Assembly (NCBI GenBank): GCA_963710375.1
Contig: CAVPZX010000003.1
Location: 320,001 to 384,000 of the forward strand
Direction of reading: 5' to 3'
Origin: Nitrospirota bacterium
GTDB taxonomy: Bacteria; Nitrospirota; Thermodesulfovibrionia; Thermodesulfovibrionales; Dissulfurispiraceae
DNA length: 64,000 nucleotides
In this document: positions 1 to 10,524 of the stretch, one piece after another
Layout: the number at the start of each line of letters is the position of its first letter
How positions within the stretch are numbered: position 1 is the first letter of the stretch
Translations under genes and position numbers: made by a program
Notes under the pieces: model-generated
What the model saw: the letters and a program-made list of their open reading frames with translations, nothing else
Databases searched by the model: none
Told to the model about the DNA's origin: nothing

Positions 1-4
1 TCTG

Positions 5-412
5 TTGTTGAACGGCATCGCCATGAAAAAGGAGTCCTTGTCCATAGATGACGGGATAAGGAAGAGCTATACAGATATGTTTCCCGGGGAGAAAAATATA
101 ACAAGCGAAATTTATCAGCTGAAAGCCCATTTACGGGAGTTGAAAGGCAAAGAGCCCCTGTTTGCGGGGATTTCACCTCTTCAGTTCCTGCTGGATTTAA
201 CCGCCTCGGGCAAGAACGGATTTTCTTTTAATGATATAGATATTGATAACAGCCGCATAATCCTGAAAGGGGAATGCAGGACGCTGAGCGATGTGCAGAC
301 GCTCAGGAATTCGCTTGCCGCATTTTTGACCGATGTCGCAATTTCAGATACAAAACCGCTTGCACAGGGAAGGACGGCTTTTACGATTACCGCAAAGGGT
401 CTGCGCACATGA
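5..412 (+). CDS. Type II secretion GspL/PilN-like protein, C-terminal part (probably truncated by window edge)
   Basis: PilN-like C-terminus (IILKGEC...VQTLRNSL...FTITAK); first of three overlapping ORFs in gspL-M-N order. Confidence 0.6.
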   Translation: MLNGIAMKKESLSIDDGIRKSYTDMFPGEKNITSEIYQLKAHLRELKGKEPLFAGISPLQFLLDLTASGKNGFSFNDIDIDNSRIILKGECRTLSDVQTLRNSLAAFLTDVAISDTKPLAQGRTAFTITAKGLRT

Positions 413-909
413 GCAAAGTAAAAAAAAGCGCATTACTTATAGCAGGGGCTGCAGCTGTTCCGGTCGTACTATGCATTATAGCAGTGAGCTTTTTTTTCTC
501 CTCCAAAAATGAACTCGCTGTAGCCCATGCCAGGCAGAAAGAATTTGCATTGCTCAAAAGCGAATACCAGACAATGAAAAGCGGTATCGATGTCATTGAG
601 AACAAGAAGTCGATTTCCAATGTAAAAGGGATACTCCAGGCTGTCGACGAAATCTTCCTGTCACTGGGACTGAAGCAGAGAATCAGATCGGTAAAGCCGC
701 TGACCACGCAAGAGGCCCCGGGATTGGTTGAAGAAGAAGCAGAAGTGCAGGTGGAGAGAGTGAATATAAACGAGGCCGTCAATCTCTTTTACAAGATAGA
801 GAACGCGCCGATGAGTATTTTTATAAAGAAGGCTGCCATGAAAGCCTCTTTTGAAAATCCTGCAAATCTTGACATTACCATTACCATTGCCCTAGTACGT
901 CCTAAATGA
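409..909 (+). CDS. Type II secretion GspM-like protein
   Basis: ATG at 409 overlaps the upstream stop (ATGA); single N-terminal TM, coiled coil, then LFYKIENAP..IKKA..LDITIT C-terminal domain. Confidence 0.6.
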   Translation: MSKVKKSALLIAGAAAVPVVLCIIAVSFFFSSKNELAVAHARQKEFALLKSEYQTMKSGIDVIENKKSISNVKGILQAVDEIFLSLGLKQRIRSVKPLTTQEAPGLVEEEAEVQVERVNINEAVNLFYKIENAPMSIFIKKAAMKASFENPANLDITITIALVRPK

Positions 910-1679
910 AAAAGGCCCTGATTGCCTGTGCTGCGGCATTGGCTATCATTATCGGTTTATGGCTTATTGTGTTGCCTGAAGACCTGATCCTCAGCCGGAT
1001 TAATGAAACACTTAGGACAGACAATCTCAGCCTCGAAATCCCCGGCTTTCAAAAAGGGCCTTTTTTTACATTTCATGCCCCTGTGCTGCGGCTGAAGAAA
1101 GGGGACACCGTCCTTTTGACGATCGGGTCGTTGACAGGGTCAATTAATCCACTGTCGCTGGTGCTTATGAGACTCCCGCTCTCGTTCAGTGGGAACATGG
1201 GAGGGGGCACTATGGAGGGACATATTGACCTGCTGCACTGGCACGATCGTTTCGCCATCACAATTGATAAGGCCGGAATTGGACAGTCCGCCCTCTTAAG
1301 CACACTCGGTTTAAACGGAGACGGGGTGCTCTCCGGCAGTGTGATTGCCCTTGAAAAGTGTTTCGAAATGAAATTTGAGATAAGAGAAGCGCATTTTACC
1401 GGCTCGGTGTACGGGTTGCCCATACCGCCGGACCTCTTTCATACCGTCCGGGGGCTTATCAGGGCAAGCGGGAATAATCTAGGGATAGACTCCCTATGGA
1501 TGGAGGGGCAGGGCCTGAATGCCCGGCTTAAAGGCACTTTAAAAGGCAGACAAGCCGATCTGACGCTCGATATAATGAAGGACTCGTCATTTGTGGACAG
1601 AAGCCAGTTGTTGCAGCTTTTGGAGCGTTACAAGGTTTCACCCGGATACTATGTTGTGCCGGTAAAAGGAGTAATATAA
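906..1679 (+). CDS. Type II secretion GspN-like protein
   Basis: N-terminal TM followed by P, beta-rich body, position after the GspM-like gene. Confidence 0.55.
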   Translation: MKKALIACAAALAIIIGLWLIVLPEDLILSRINETLRTDNLSLEIPGFQKGPFFTFHAPVLRLKKGDTVLLTIGSLTGSINPLSLVLMRLPLSFSGNMGGGTMEGHIDLLHWHDRFAITIDKAGIGQSALLSTLGLNGDGVLSGSVIALEKCFEMKFEIREAHFTGSVYGLPIPPDLFHTVRGLIRASGNNLGIDSLWMEGQGLNARLKGTLKGRQADLTLDIMKDSSFVDRSQLLQLLERYKVSPGYYVVPVKGVI

Positions 1680-1771
1680 ACCTTGTACTGACCCGCTGCC
1701 ACAATTGTAATTCACTTTCTCATGTAGTATGATAAGTTAAAAAGATTATGCATAGAGAAAGGAATGGCCGG

Positions 1772-2053
1772 ATGCAAAGAATTCTCCTTGATGAGGCAAG
1801 GCCGTCTATGGTTCTGGCAGTGGCGGTGAAGGACGATAGAAAGAATATACTTTTCCTTAGAGGCGCTGAACTGACGGAAAAACACATCGGGATAATGAAG
1901 AACAATAAAATTTGCAAAGTGGTTGTTGAAGGGTCCCCTGTGCGAAAAAAGGGAGGCGAGGCAGCAAAGGCGGTCGAAAAAAGGTTCTCTTCTTCGGGTA
2001 ACGCTGCCCTTGCACTTAGAATTCGTGATATGCTGAAAGAACTGATCGAATGA
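1772..2053 (+). CDS. Small hypothetical protein coupled to the HDOD gene
   Basis: AAAGGA upstream of ATG 1772; stop overlaps the next start (ATGA). Confidence 0.6.
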   Translation: MQRILLDEARPSMVLAVAVKDDRKNILFLRGAELTEKHIGIMKNNKICKVVVEGSPVRKKGGEAAKAVEKRFSSSGNAALALRIRDMLKELIE

Positions 2054-2907
2054 GCTCCATGGCCTCTTCTAACAAAGGCAGACTTTTTAACGCCAAAGAT
2101 TTGCCCACCATTCCCTCTTCCCACATGAAGATAGTTAAACTCATCGAGGACGGAGGCTATTCCATGGATGACCTCAGCGCCTTAATAGAACGTGACCCGG
2201 TGATTTCGAGCAAAGTTCTCCGCCTCGTTAACTCGCCTTATTATAACCTCTACGCCGAGATAGCCTCAGTGAATAAGGCCATTGTCCTTTTGGGAGCGAA
2301 CCTTCTGAGGGGACTGGTATTGAGCACTTCACTCTTTCAGAGCGCTGATGAGTTATTGCCGGGGCTGTGGGACCACTCCTACTTCTGTTCTATAGTGGCG
2401 GCTTCCCTGGCTGACAGGCTGCTCATGCGAAACATCGAGGATATAATGACAGGCGCGCTGCTTCATGATATTGGGAAGATAGTGATACGGAAAGAATTGC
2501 CGGAGGAATCAAAGCTAATAGATCAACTCATTTTCTCAGAAGAAATCCCGATGATCGAGGCCGAAAAAAGGGTTCTTGGTGTCACTCATTGCGACACTGG
2601 CTCGTTTCTCGCAGAAAACTGGAACTTCCCCTCGCTCATCAAGGACATCATATCTTTTCATCACTTTCCGTCGCTATGCCTGTTGCACAAAAAGGAAGCT
2701 GCTGTGTCGCACCTTGCCGATTTTATAGTTAAGGGTATAGGCGTATCATATTCACGAGATATTTTTGTACCGGCCCTGGACGAGGAGGTATTGAAATCTT
2801 TGTCCCTGGCGGAAGAAGAGTTGCCGGACATCCTGGTCGGGGTGCTGGAGCTTGCCGATAACAACCCCGTTTTTTCAAAGTATCTGATTGGCGGAATAAA
2901 TGCCTGA
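2050..2907 (+). CDS. HDOD domain protein
   Basis: LPTIP, IERDPVISSKVLRLVNSPYY, LLHDIGK, WNFP..I..HH motifs. Confidence 0.9.
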   Translation: MSSMASSNKGRLFNAKDLPTIPSSHMKIVKLIEDGGYSMDDLSALIERDPVISSKVLRLVNSPYYNLYAEIASVNKAIVLLGANLLRGLVLSTSLFQSADELLPGLWDHSYFCSIVAASLADRLLMRNIEDIMTGALLHDIGKIVIRKELPEESKLIDQLIFSEEIPMIEAEKRVLGVTHCDTGSFLAENWNFPSLIKDIISFHHFPSLCLLHKKEAAVSHLADFIVKGIGVSYSRDIFVPALDEEVLKSLSLAEEELPDILVGVLELADNNPVFSKYLIGGINA

Positions 2908-4492
2908 CAAGAACTTCTCTGATATATTATGCAGCCTCTCCAGCATCCTCTATTCTTTCAAGGATGCGGAATCCATGTGTTCCGACGTCGTAAACCTGCT
3001 GATCTCTGCCCCTGCTGTCAAGAGGAGCCTGGCAATTATGAAGGGGTGGCGCGGAGAGTTCCACACTGTTGGTTATTCGGGGATATCACGGATCAGAGGA
3101 CTGGAACTGAAAAATGTTCCTTGCGACAAGGACACTAACGAGTTTATTTCCCAGATATTGAAAAACAAAGAGACGGTGGTAGTGGACAATCTGCCCCACG
3201 GCATAGCTTCCCCCGACTCGACAGGAAAGAACTTAATGTGCCCCATCATGTGCAAGGGCAAGGGTGTCGGCGTACTAATTGTCGAAGTTTCAGACGACCC
3301 GGACAGCATCGTTAAGTGGATAGATGCTGTTGCCCGGTACCTCTCACTTGCTATCGAGAACCATACTATCCACAACGAATGGCTCGAAAACCGTATCGAA
3401 CTGGTCCACGAGATTGAGACCCTGCAGCTCATGTACGAGATCGGCAAGGAAATCCTCGTCAACTTGAGGACAGAGGAGATAATTCAAACCGTAGCACTGA
3501 TGATACGCAGGATCATTCCATGTGACGGAGTCACCATGACACTCTTCGACGAGGAGAAAGGCGCATTCAAGGTCATTGACTCTACCGGCACGGGACTCGA
3601 AAAAGGGCTGGAACTTACGGAGGCTGACGTGCCTTTTTACCGCGTTGCAGTGCGCGGAAAGACATTCTACCAGCACGATATCACTCTCGACATCAAGGAT
3701 TTTTCAAAGTTGGCTGAATGGGCTGAGGAGAAAAACGTATATTCCTATTTCTGCGTGCCGCTCATGGTGAAAGACAGACTCTTCGGCGCTCTCATCCTGT
3801 CCAGCGTCCGTTCCGCCTGGTTCTCAGGCACTCACCTTGCTGCTGCAGAAAAGGTGGCGACCCAGGTAGGCATTGCACTCGCAAACGCCAAACTGCTGGA
3901 GGATCTAGACGAGATTTTCATAGGCACGGTAACATCGCTGGTAAATGCCATTGACGCCAAATCTGACTGGACGCGGGGCCACTCCATGAGGGTGGCGGCA
4001 TATGCGGTCAGGCTGGCGCAGAAGGTGGGTTTCAGCCGCGAAAAGACCGAGAGGATGCGTATAGCCGCTATTTTGCACGATATAGGGAAAATAGGTATCT
4101 ACGAGGCGATACTGGACAAGCCGGGCAAACTGACGAAGGAAGAGGTTGACGAGATGAGGAAACATCCGTCCCAAGGCGTGGATATCCTCGTGCCTCTGAA
4201 TGCTCTCAAGGACATCATCCCTATTATCAAGCACCACCATGAGAGGTACGATGGCGAGGGTTATCCTGACGGCCTTGCGGGTGAAGACATCCCTCTTGAA
4301 GCACGTATATTGGCCATTGCCGACGTGTATGACGCGATGAGATCAGAAAGGCCTTACCGCAGGGGCCTGACCTTCGATGAGGCGGCGCAGGAGCTGTTGA
4401 ACGAAGCGGGAAGGCAGTTAGACCCGGTGCTTCCCGGTCGCTTTGTTCAACCTGCTGCAACAGTCCGGACTCACAGACCACGATGCCCGTGA
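2900..4492 (+). CDS. GAF-GAF-HD-GYP cyclic-dinucleotide phosphodiesterase
   Basis: Two GAF-like regions (CPIM..GVL, CVPLMVKDRLFGAL); TRGHSMRV, LHDIGK, HHERYDGEGYPDGL, ARILAIADVYDAM. Confidence 0.9.
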   Translation: MPDKNFSDILCSLSSILYSFKDAESMCSDVVNLLISAPAVKRSLAIMKGWRGEFHTVGYSGISRIRGLELKNVPCDKDTNEFISQILKNKETVVVDNLPHGIASPDSTGKNLMCPIMCKGKGVGVLIVEVSDDPDSIVKWIDAVARYLSLAIENHTIHNEWLENRIELVHEIETLQLMYEIGKEILVNLRTEEIIQTVALMIRRIIPCDGVTMTLFDEEKGAFKVIDSTGTGLEKGLELTEADVPFYRVAVRGKTFYQHDITLDIKDFSKLAEWAEEKNVYSYFCVPLMVKDRLFGALILSSVRSAWFSGTHLAAAEKVATQVGIALANAKLLEDLDEIFIGTVTSLVNAIDAKSDWTRGHSMRVAAYAVRLAQKVGFSREKTERMRIAAILHDIGKIGIYEAILDKPGKLTKEEVDEMRKHPSQGVDILVPLNALKDIIPIIKHHHERYDGEGYPDGLAGEDIPLEARILAIADVYDAMRSERPYRRGLTFDEAAQELLNEAGRQLDPVLPGRFVQPAATVRTHRPRCP

Positions 4493-4519
4493 GTAGAAAC
4501 TGCCGTCCTGGTGAAGCCA

Positions 4520-5497
4520 TTACAAAAAAAGCGGGTCTTTTCGTGATGACAGTATCCTCTTTGTCTGCCTGATGTCATTATCTATATTGTCCCTGAGTTC
4601 CTTGACAGAGGCAAACTTTTTCTCTTCCCTGATCCTGTCAATGAAATGGATCCGCAGGTTTTCTCCAATAAGATTTTTGTTGAAGTCCAGGATGTGTACC
4701 TCATAGCTCATCGCCGTATCACAGAATGTGGGGTTGCTGCCTATATTGGCCACGCCATCGAATACTTCATAAGACGGCGAATTCACGGCATCTATGCCCC
4801 GGTGTCTTAAAGAAACCTTGACAGCATACACGCCCTCCCGAGGTATCAGCTCGTTGGGCGTGGTTATGTTTGCCGTAGGCGTATTGAGCAGCGGACCGCC
4901 TCTGCCAGCACCTTTTATAACAGTACCGCTGATGTGATAGGCCCTTCCCAGCATAGAGGAAGCCTCACAGACCCTTCCCCTGAGAAGCAGGCTCCGTATC
5001 CTGCTGCTGCTGACCACATCATCATCAACTTTTGCGTAACGTACCACATGGGTTTTGAATCCATATTTTCTGCCCCTGACCCTGAGCATTGAAGTCGTGC
5101 CCCTTTTGCCTTTTCCAAAGGAATAACTGTGCCCTACTATGACCCACTTTGCGCCGATCATATGGACAAGAATATTTTGTATGAAAGCGTCGGGATTAGT
5201 GTGGGCGAAATCCCTGTCAAAACTGATGCGTATGAGCGTATTTAAACCCATTCGCCCGATAAGTGTTACTTTGTCATCAGGCGTATTTATCATTTTCAGC
5301 CCCCGCTCGGGCGCAAGAACGCGCACCGGATGAGGTTGAAATGTTATGGCAATGGGGGTGCCGCCTATTTCATGAGCTTTGTCAACCACCTCTTTAAATA
5401 TTTTTTGATGGCCAAGATGGACTCCGTCAAAATTCCCTATGGTGACCACAGGGTTTTTATAAAGAAGTGATTTGGTCAAATCGCTAATTATTTCCAT
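4520..5497 (-). CDS. ribF: Bifunctional riboflavin kinase/FAD synthetase
   Basis: TIGNFDGVHLGHQ, VSSSRIR, PTANI, NIGSNPTF, EVHILDF; start MEIIS at 5497. Confidence 0.95.
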   Translation of the reverse strand: MEIISDLTKSLLYKNPVVTIGNFDGVHLGHQKIFKEVVDKAHEIGGTPIAITFQPHPVRVLAPERGLKMINTPDDKVTLIGRMGLNTLIRISFDRDFAHTNPDAFIQNILVHMIGAKWVIVGHSYSFGKGKRGTTSMLRVRGRKYGFKTHVVRYAKVDDDVVSSSRIRSLLLRGRVCEASSMLGRAYHISGTVIKGAGRGGPLLNTPTANITTPNELIPREGVYAVKVSLRHRGIDAVNSPSYEVFDGVANIGSNPTFCDTAMSYEVHILDFNKNLIGENLRIHFIDRIREEKKFASVKELRDNIDNDIRQTKRILSSRKDPLFL

Positions 5498-6116
5498 GGA
5501 GGTTGCCTGATAAACTTCCGCCTTTTGCAAGGGCAGCCAATTCAAGGTAAATGTATGCAACCTGATCTCTGGTTGCATCAAGTCCATCGTTGTTATCTAT
5601 ACGGTAATCCGCCCGGCTTATCTTCATTTCTATGGGGAATTGGCTATTCAAACGTTTAAGTGCGGTTTCTTCCGAGACTCCTTTCCGTAACAAGTTTTGG
5701 ACAGCGGTCTCAAATGATGTATATACCGTGATGATCCTGTCGAACCGGTTTTGGTAACTTCGCTCGTAGAGCAGGGGCGTTTCTATAACCACGACGGCGT
5801 TGCTGCACAATAACGACAGTTCAGACAGTTTTTTGTCTATTTTATTAAATACCCGTGGGTGAAGAATATCCTCAAGGGATATTCTGAGTGACGGAGACTC
5901 AAATACGATATCAGCCAACATTTTCTTGTTTATCGAATTGCCCTCGGCAATATCTTCCCCTATGGCATTTTTTATTTCGTTTATTACTTCAGGGTCTTTA
6001 ATCAGTTCGCCCACGATAACATCGGTGTCAATGGTCACTGCCCCGAGTTCACCGAACATTTTTGATACCGTGCTTTTACCCATCCCGTAATTTCCGGTAA
6101 GGCCGACCACGATCAT
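5484..6116 (-). CDS. coaE: Dephospho-CoA kinase
   Basis: VGLTGNYGMGKSTVS Walker A, LEDILHP, ETPLLYE. Confidence 0.95.
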   Translation of the reverse strand: MIVVGLTGNYGMGKSTVSKMFGELGAVTIDTDVIVGELIKDPEVINEIKNAIGEDIAEGNSINKKMLADIVFESPSLRISLEDILHPRVFNKIDKKLSELSLLCSNAVVVIETPLLYERSYQNRFDRIITVYTSFETAVQNLLRKGVSEETALKRLNSQFPIEMKISRADYRIDNNDGLDATRDQVAYIYLELAALAKGGSLSGNLHGNN

Positions 6117-8692
6117 ATGGTCCCCTCAGCCTTCTTTTTCAGTTCGCCCAACTTTTTTAAAGCCTTTTGAGGTGTGAGCGAATCCATATCAAGTGAAAGA
6201 AGCTCGCGGGTAATCGGGTCGCCTGTGAAGAAGAGGTCCATTTGAGCATGACGCGGGAGCAGCGCCTTGGATTCCTTTTTTTCGAGCATGTCGAGTACCT
6301 CTTTAGACCGTTCGATTACCGCTGCCGGCAGCCCTGCAAGTCTCGCAACCTGGATGCCATAACTTTTGTCCGCAGGGCCGGCCTCGATCTTCCTCATGAA
6401 TATTACTTCATCTCCCCATTCCCTGACGACCACGTTATAGTTCTTAATACCTTCCATGGTAAGCGCAAGCTCGGTAAGTTCGTTGTAATGCGTAGCGAAG
6501 AGGGTGCGGGCTTTTATATTATTCACAAGGTATTCGGCAACCGCCCATGCTATGCTGATGCCGTCAAAGGTGCTTGTGCCCCTTCCTACCTCGTCGAGCA
6601 ATACCAGGCTCCTTCCGGTAGCATTATTCAGGATGTTGGCGCACTCTACCATTTCGACCATGAATGTGCTTTGTCCCCTGCCGATGAAATCGGAGGCCCC
6701 GATACGGGTGAATATCCTGTCTACTATCCCGATCTTTGCATCAGCCGCCGGAACGAAAGAACCGATTTGGGCCATAAGCACAATAAGGGCGTTCTGCCGC
6801 ATATAGGTTGACTTGCCGGCCATGTTCGGGCCGGTGATGACCAGCAGCCTGTTGTCGCCGCAGTCCATGATTGTATCGTTTGGAATGAATTTCTCATCTC
6901 CGGAGGAAATGCTGCGCGTATTGATAAGCCGCTCAATAACGGGATGCCTTCCATCGGATATTTCCAGTATATCATCATCTGATATGAGCGGTTTGTTGAA
7001 ATTATATCGCTTTGCTACGACAGTGAGGGACAGAAGAAAATCAACGGACGCAACCTGCAAAGAGGCGCGCAGCAGGCGGTTCGAATATTTTTGAATACTA
7101 TCAAGTATGGAAAGGAAAATAGTGTATTCAAGCTCTTTAAGACGGTCTTCGGCGCCCAGTACCTTTGTTTCGTATTCCTTCAACTCTGGAGTTATGAACC
7201 GTTCACCGTTAACAAGGGTCTGCTTGCGCAGGTAATCATCAGGCACAAGATGGAGATTGGATTTTGTTACCTCAATATAATAGCCGTATATTTTATTGAA
7301 CCCCACTTTAAGCGAATTTATGCCGGTGCGCAGCCGTTCATCGGCTTCCAGCCCTGCAATAAAATCTTTGCCGCTGACTGAAATGTTTCTTAGTTCATCA
7401 ACCTCTCTGTTGTATCCTTTCTTCAGTATACCCCCGTCCCTCGGGTTGGCCGGAGGATTATCCATTATGCTGAAATCGATCAAATCCACAAGTTCATGAA
7501 ATTCAGGCAGTTCTTTGCCCAGTTCCTTAATATAGGGGTTTTGAGAGGATGCAAGATGTTTTTTTATCTCGGGCAGCCGCTCAATAGAATCTCCCAAAGC
7601 TATGACATCCCTCGGACCCGCGGAACGGGCGACGATGCGAGAGAGTATACGGTCGATATCCTGTATCTTCCTCAATATAGTCCTGAGATTCTCCGTCAGC
7701 TCATAGTCTTCGATTATGGCGCCGACAGCATCCTGACGTTTAACGATTTCCGCTGATGAAAGGAGAGGCCTGGTAAGGGCCCTCCTGAGGAATCGCCCGC
7801 CCATAGGGGTGAGCGTTTCGTCCAGCACCCACAGCAGAGAACCTTCGGTTGCGCCGTCTTTAAGATTGTGTGTAATCTCAAGGTTACGAATGGTTACGGC
7901 ATCAAGGAACATATGTTCTGCCTGGTTGAGGACAGAAATTTTTTTAAAGGTCAGGAATTTCTGCGTCTCCTCAAGATAGCTGATCAGGGCCCCTGCAGAG
8001 GAAATACCGGCATCCATTTCGTTCAATCCGTAACCATCGAGAGACGAAACCTTGAAATATTTAAGCAGGACTTTATAAGCTTCACCGTAATCGAAGTACC
8101 AGTCATCATAATAGGAAACAAAATATGTTCCGGACAACTCCTCGTAATGAAAATTGTCTTTCAGACTTTGGGGGCAGAGTATTTCCCGCGGCTCGTATCT
8201 TGACAGTTCATCTTCCAGTGGTTTATCGGTTTCATAGACAGTGAATTCACCGGTTGAAAGGTCGGCCACGGTAATACCCAGCTTCCCCCGGTTGGCAAGG
8301 ATGCTCATAATGTTCGCATTTTCTTTAGGCTGCTCAGGAATGTGGGTTCCCGGAGTTATCACGCGCACCACTTCTCTCTGGATTATGCCCTTGTCAGGAC
8401 TCTTTTCGAGTTTAGGGTCTTCAATCTGTTCGCAAATAGCTACCTTATGACCTGCCTTAATGAGTTTCGAAATATATGTATCGACCGAGAAATAAGGCAC
8501 GCCGCACATTGGGGTTGGGTCCTCTTTGTTCTTGTCCCTGGTGGTGAGCGCTATCTGCAATATGCCTGAAGCCAGTTTCGCGTCATCTTCAAACATCTCA
8601 TAGAAGTCGCCGAGCCTGAAAAGGACTATGGCATCGGGGTATTTTTCCTTAATGCTGTAATATTGCTTCATCAAAGGGGTCAATTCTGACAC
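6113..8692 (-). CDS. mutS: DNA mismatch repair protein MutS
   Basis: TPLMKQY, FRLGDFYEMF, ITGPNMAGKSTYMRQ, STFMVEM, DEVGRGTST, SYGIQVARLAG. Confidence 0.98.
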   Translation of the reverse strand: MSELTPLMKQYYSIKEKYPDAIVLFRLGDFYEMFEDDAKLASGILQIALTTRDKNKEDPTPMCGVPYFSVDTYISKLIKAGHKVAICEQIEDPKLEKSPDKGIIQREVVRVITPGTHIPEQPKENANIMSILANRGKLGITVADLSTGEFTVYETDKPLEDELSRYEPREILCPQSLKDNFHYEELSGTYFVSYYDDWYFDYGEAYKVLLKYFKVSSLDGYGLNEMDAGISSAGALISYLEETQKFLTFKKISVLNQAEHMFLDAVTIRNLEITHNLKDGATEGSLLWVLDETLTPMGGRFLRRALTRPLLSSAEIVKRQDAVGAIIEDYELTENLRTILRKIQDIDRILSRIVARSAGPRDVIALGDSIERLPEIKKHLASSQNPYIKELGKELPEFHELVDLIDFSIMDNPPANPRDGGILKKGYNREVDELRNISVSGKDFIAGLEADERLRTGINSLKVGFNKIYGYYIEVTKSNLHLVPDDYLRKQTLVNGERFITPELKEYETKVLGAEDRLKELEYTIFLSILDSIQKYSNRLLRASLQVASVDFLLSLTVVAKRYNFNKPLISDDDILEISDGRHPVIERLINTRSISSGDEKFIPNDTIMDCGDNRLLVITGPNMAGKSTYMRQNALIVLMAQIGSFVPAADAKIGIVDRIFTRIGASDFIGRGQSTFMVEMVECANILNNATGRSLVLLDEVGRGTSTFDGISIAWAVAEYLVNNIKARTLFATHYNELTELALTMEGIKNYNVVVREWGDEVIFMRKIEAGPADKSYGIQVARLAGLPAAVIERSKEVLDMLEKKESKALLPRHAQMDLFFTGDPITRELLSLDMDSLTPQKALKKLGELKKKAEGTI

Positions 8693-8723
8693 AGCTGAAC
8701 CCTCACGCTATTAAACCATAGAA

Positions 8724-8818
8724 TGTGAATAGTGAAAAGTGAATGGTAAAAAAGGGAAACAAATGTGTTCAATGATCATTACGTCACTATTCTCCATTCA
8801 CTATTCACCTTTCACTTT
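8724..8818. repeat. Inverted pair of heptamer tandem repeats (AGTGAAT-like / TCACTAT-like)
   Basis: tgtgaat agtgaaa agtgaat ggtaaaa ... tcactat tctccat tcactat tcacctt tcacttt. Confidence 0.8.
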
Positions 8819-8884
8819 CTTTTAACGATATTTTTGATTATACAACATACTGCGTGCATATATAAAAGGTTAGAGCATAATCAG

Positions 8885-8913
8885 TTGACATTACTCAGTT
8901 TATCTGTTACTTT
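8885..8913 (+). promoter_or_regulatory. Sigma70-type promoter with extended -10
   Basis: TTGACA-17 nt-TACTTT with TG at the extended position; paralogous copy at 11573-11601. Confidence 0.7.
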
Positions 8914-8951
8914 AACCTATGGGCATTGAGACGGAAAAAGGGAATGGCATA

Positions 8952-10524
8952 GTGCCCCATACGGAAGAAAGTCACCAGAGTACGACAGATCTTATCCTGG
9001 CAAGGCTGCAGGAATACCACGACTTCCCGGCTATGTCAAATACTGTTGATGTTATGAATCGGTTCAAGGCTTCCGAAGATGTCTCAGTTTCCGAATTTGC
9101 CAATATTATTTTGAAGGATTATGGTTTAACGTCAAAGATTTTGAAACTTGTAAACAGCGTCAGCTATGCTCAGTTCGGAGAGGTTACGACTATTTCTCGT
9201 GCAATAGTCCTCATTGGGTTTGAAAACATCAAGAATCTTGCTGTTACACTGATGCTTTTTGATTATTTCCAGAAAAACAGACTCAAATCCCGAGCATGTG
9301 GATACAAAGGTCAAATCCTTATACAGCGCAATCATGGCTCAGAAGGTCTCGCATGAGAAATCTTTAGACAATGAGGAAGAAGCGTTTATCTGTTCGCTTT
9401 TCCACACTTTCGGCAAAATGCTGGTGACCTTTGCCCTGCCGGAGAAAATAGAGGAAATAAAACTTCTCAGCAGTGAAAAAGGTATTTCAGAAAATGAGGC
9501 TGCACTCTCTGTCCTCGGCGAGCGTTATGAAGAGGTGGGCGTTGCAATGGCCAGGGACTGGCATTTTCCGACCATAATCATTAATAGCATGCACAAACTC
9601 CGCGGCATGGAAATTACTACCGGCGCCGACAAACTCGATAAACTCAATGTCGTTGCCTTCTTCTCCAATGAAGTCGCTAATATATTGTCGACAACTACTA
9701 ATAAATATGAGATGGATGAGAAAATCGGAAAACTCGCAAGAACGTTCAGGCCCCACCTGGGTGATCTGGACAGGAGGATGGACAGAATCATCAATGCGAG
9801 TCTTGATGACCTGAATGAGTTTTCAAGAATTTTTAATGTCAATCTTAGCGCGGTCCCTTTTACAAGGCAGTTGCTGGTATGGGCCGGTAAGCCGGAGCAG
9901 GCTGTGCAACCCAAAAACGAGCTGCTCTTCGCTGACTTTTCGACTGAAGAGCTTGAAACTATTGATATTATCCTTGATTCCGAAAAAAGAGACACCCCCG
10001 AAAGTATTTTCACGAAGGGCATTCAGGATATCAATAGTTCGATACTGAGCGATTTCAACATCAACGATGTCGTCAGGATTGTGCTGGAAACCATGTACAG
10101 GGGCATGCAATTGTCGGGGCAGGCAAAGGCCCTGTTCCTGGTAAAGGAGACCAAAGCGCCTATAATGAAGGTCAGATTCGGGTTCGGGAGCCGGGTTGAG
10201 GAACTGAAAAAATGGTTCGAAATTTCACTAGACGACCCCACCGACATCTTCAATATATCTATAGTCAAGGGGCATGACCTTGTAGTGAAGAACATCGAGT
10301 CTCCCGATATTAAAAAGTTGCTGCCCAAATGGTTCAGAAGCAAGGCATTTTCGAGGATCTTTTTTGTCATTTTGCCTATCATAGTTAATAAAAAGCCTTT
10401 GGGGATATTCTATATAGAGGGGGACAGGGAAGACTTTCAGAAAGTTTCCGCCGTGCATTTAAACTACCTGAAAATGTTGCGCGATCAGACGGTCGTGGCT
10501 ATCAGACAGAAACATTGGTACTAA
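8952..10524 (+). pseudogene. HDOD + C-terminal GAF-like protein, frameshifted near 9273-9281
   Basis: ORFs 8919-9356 and 9259-10524 together align end to end with intact paralog 12817-14391; one extra base in AAAAACAGACTCAAAT versus GAGAACAGCTCAAAT. Confidence 0.8.
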
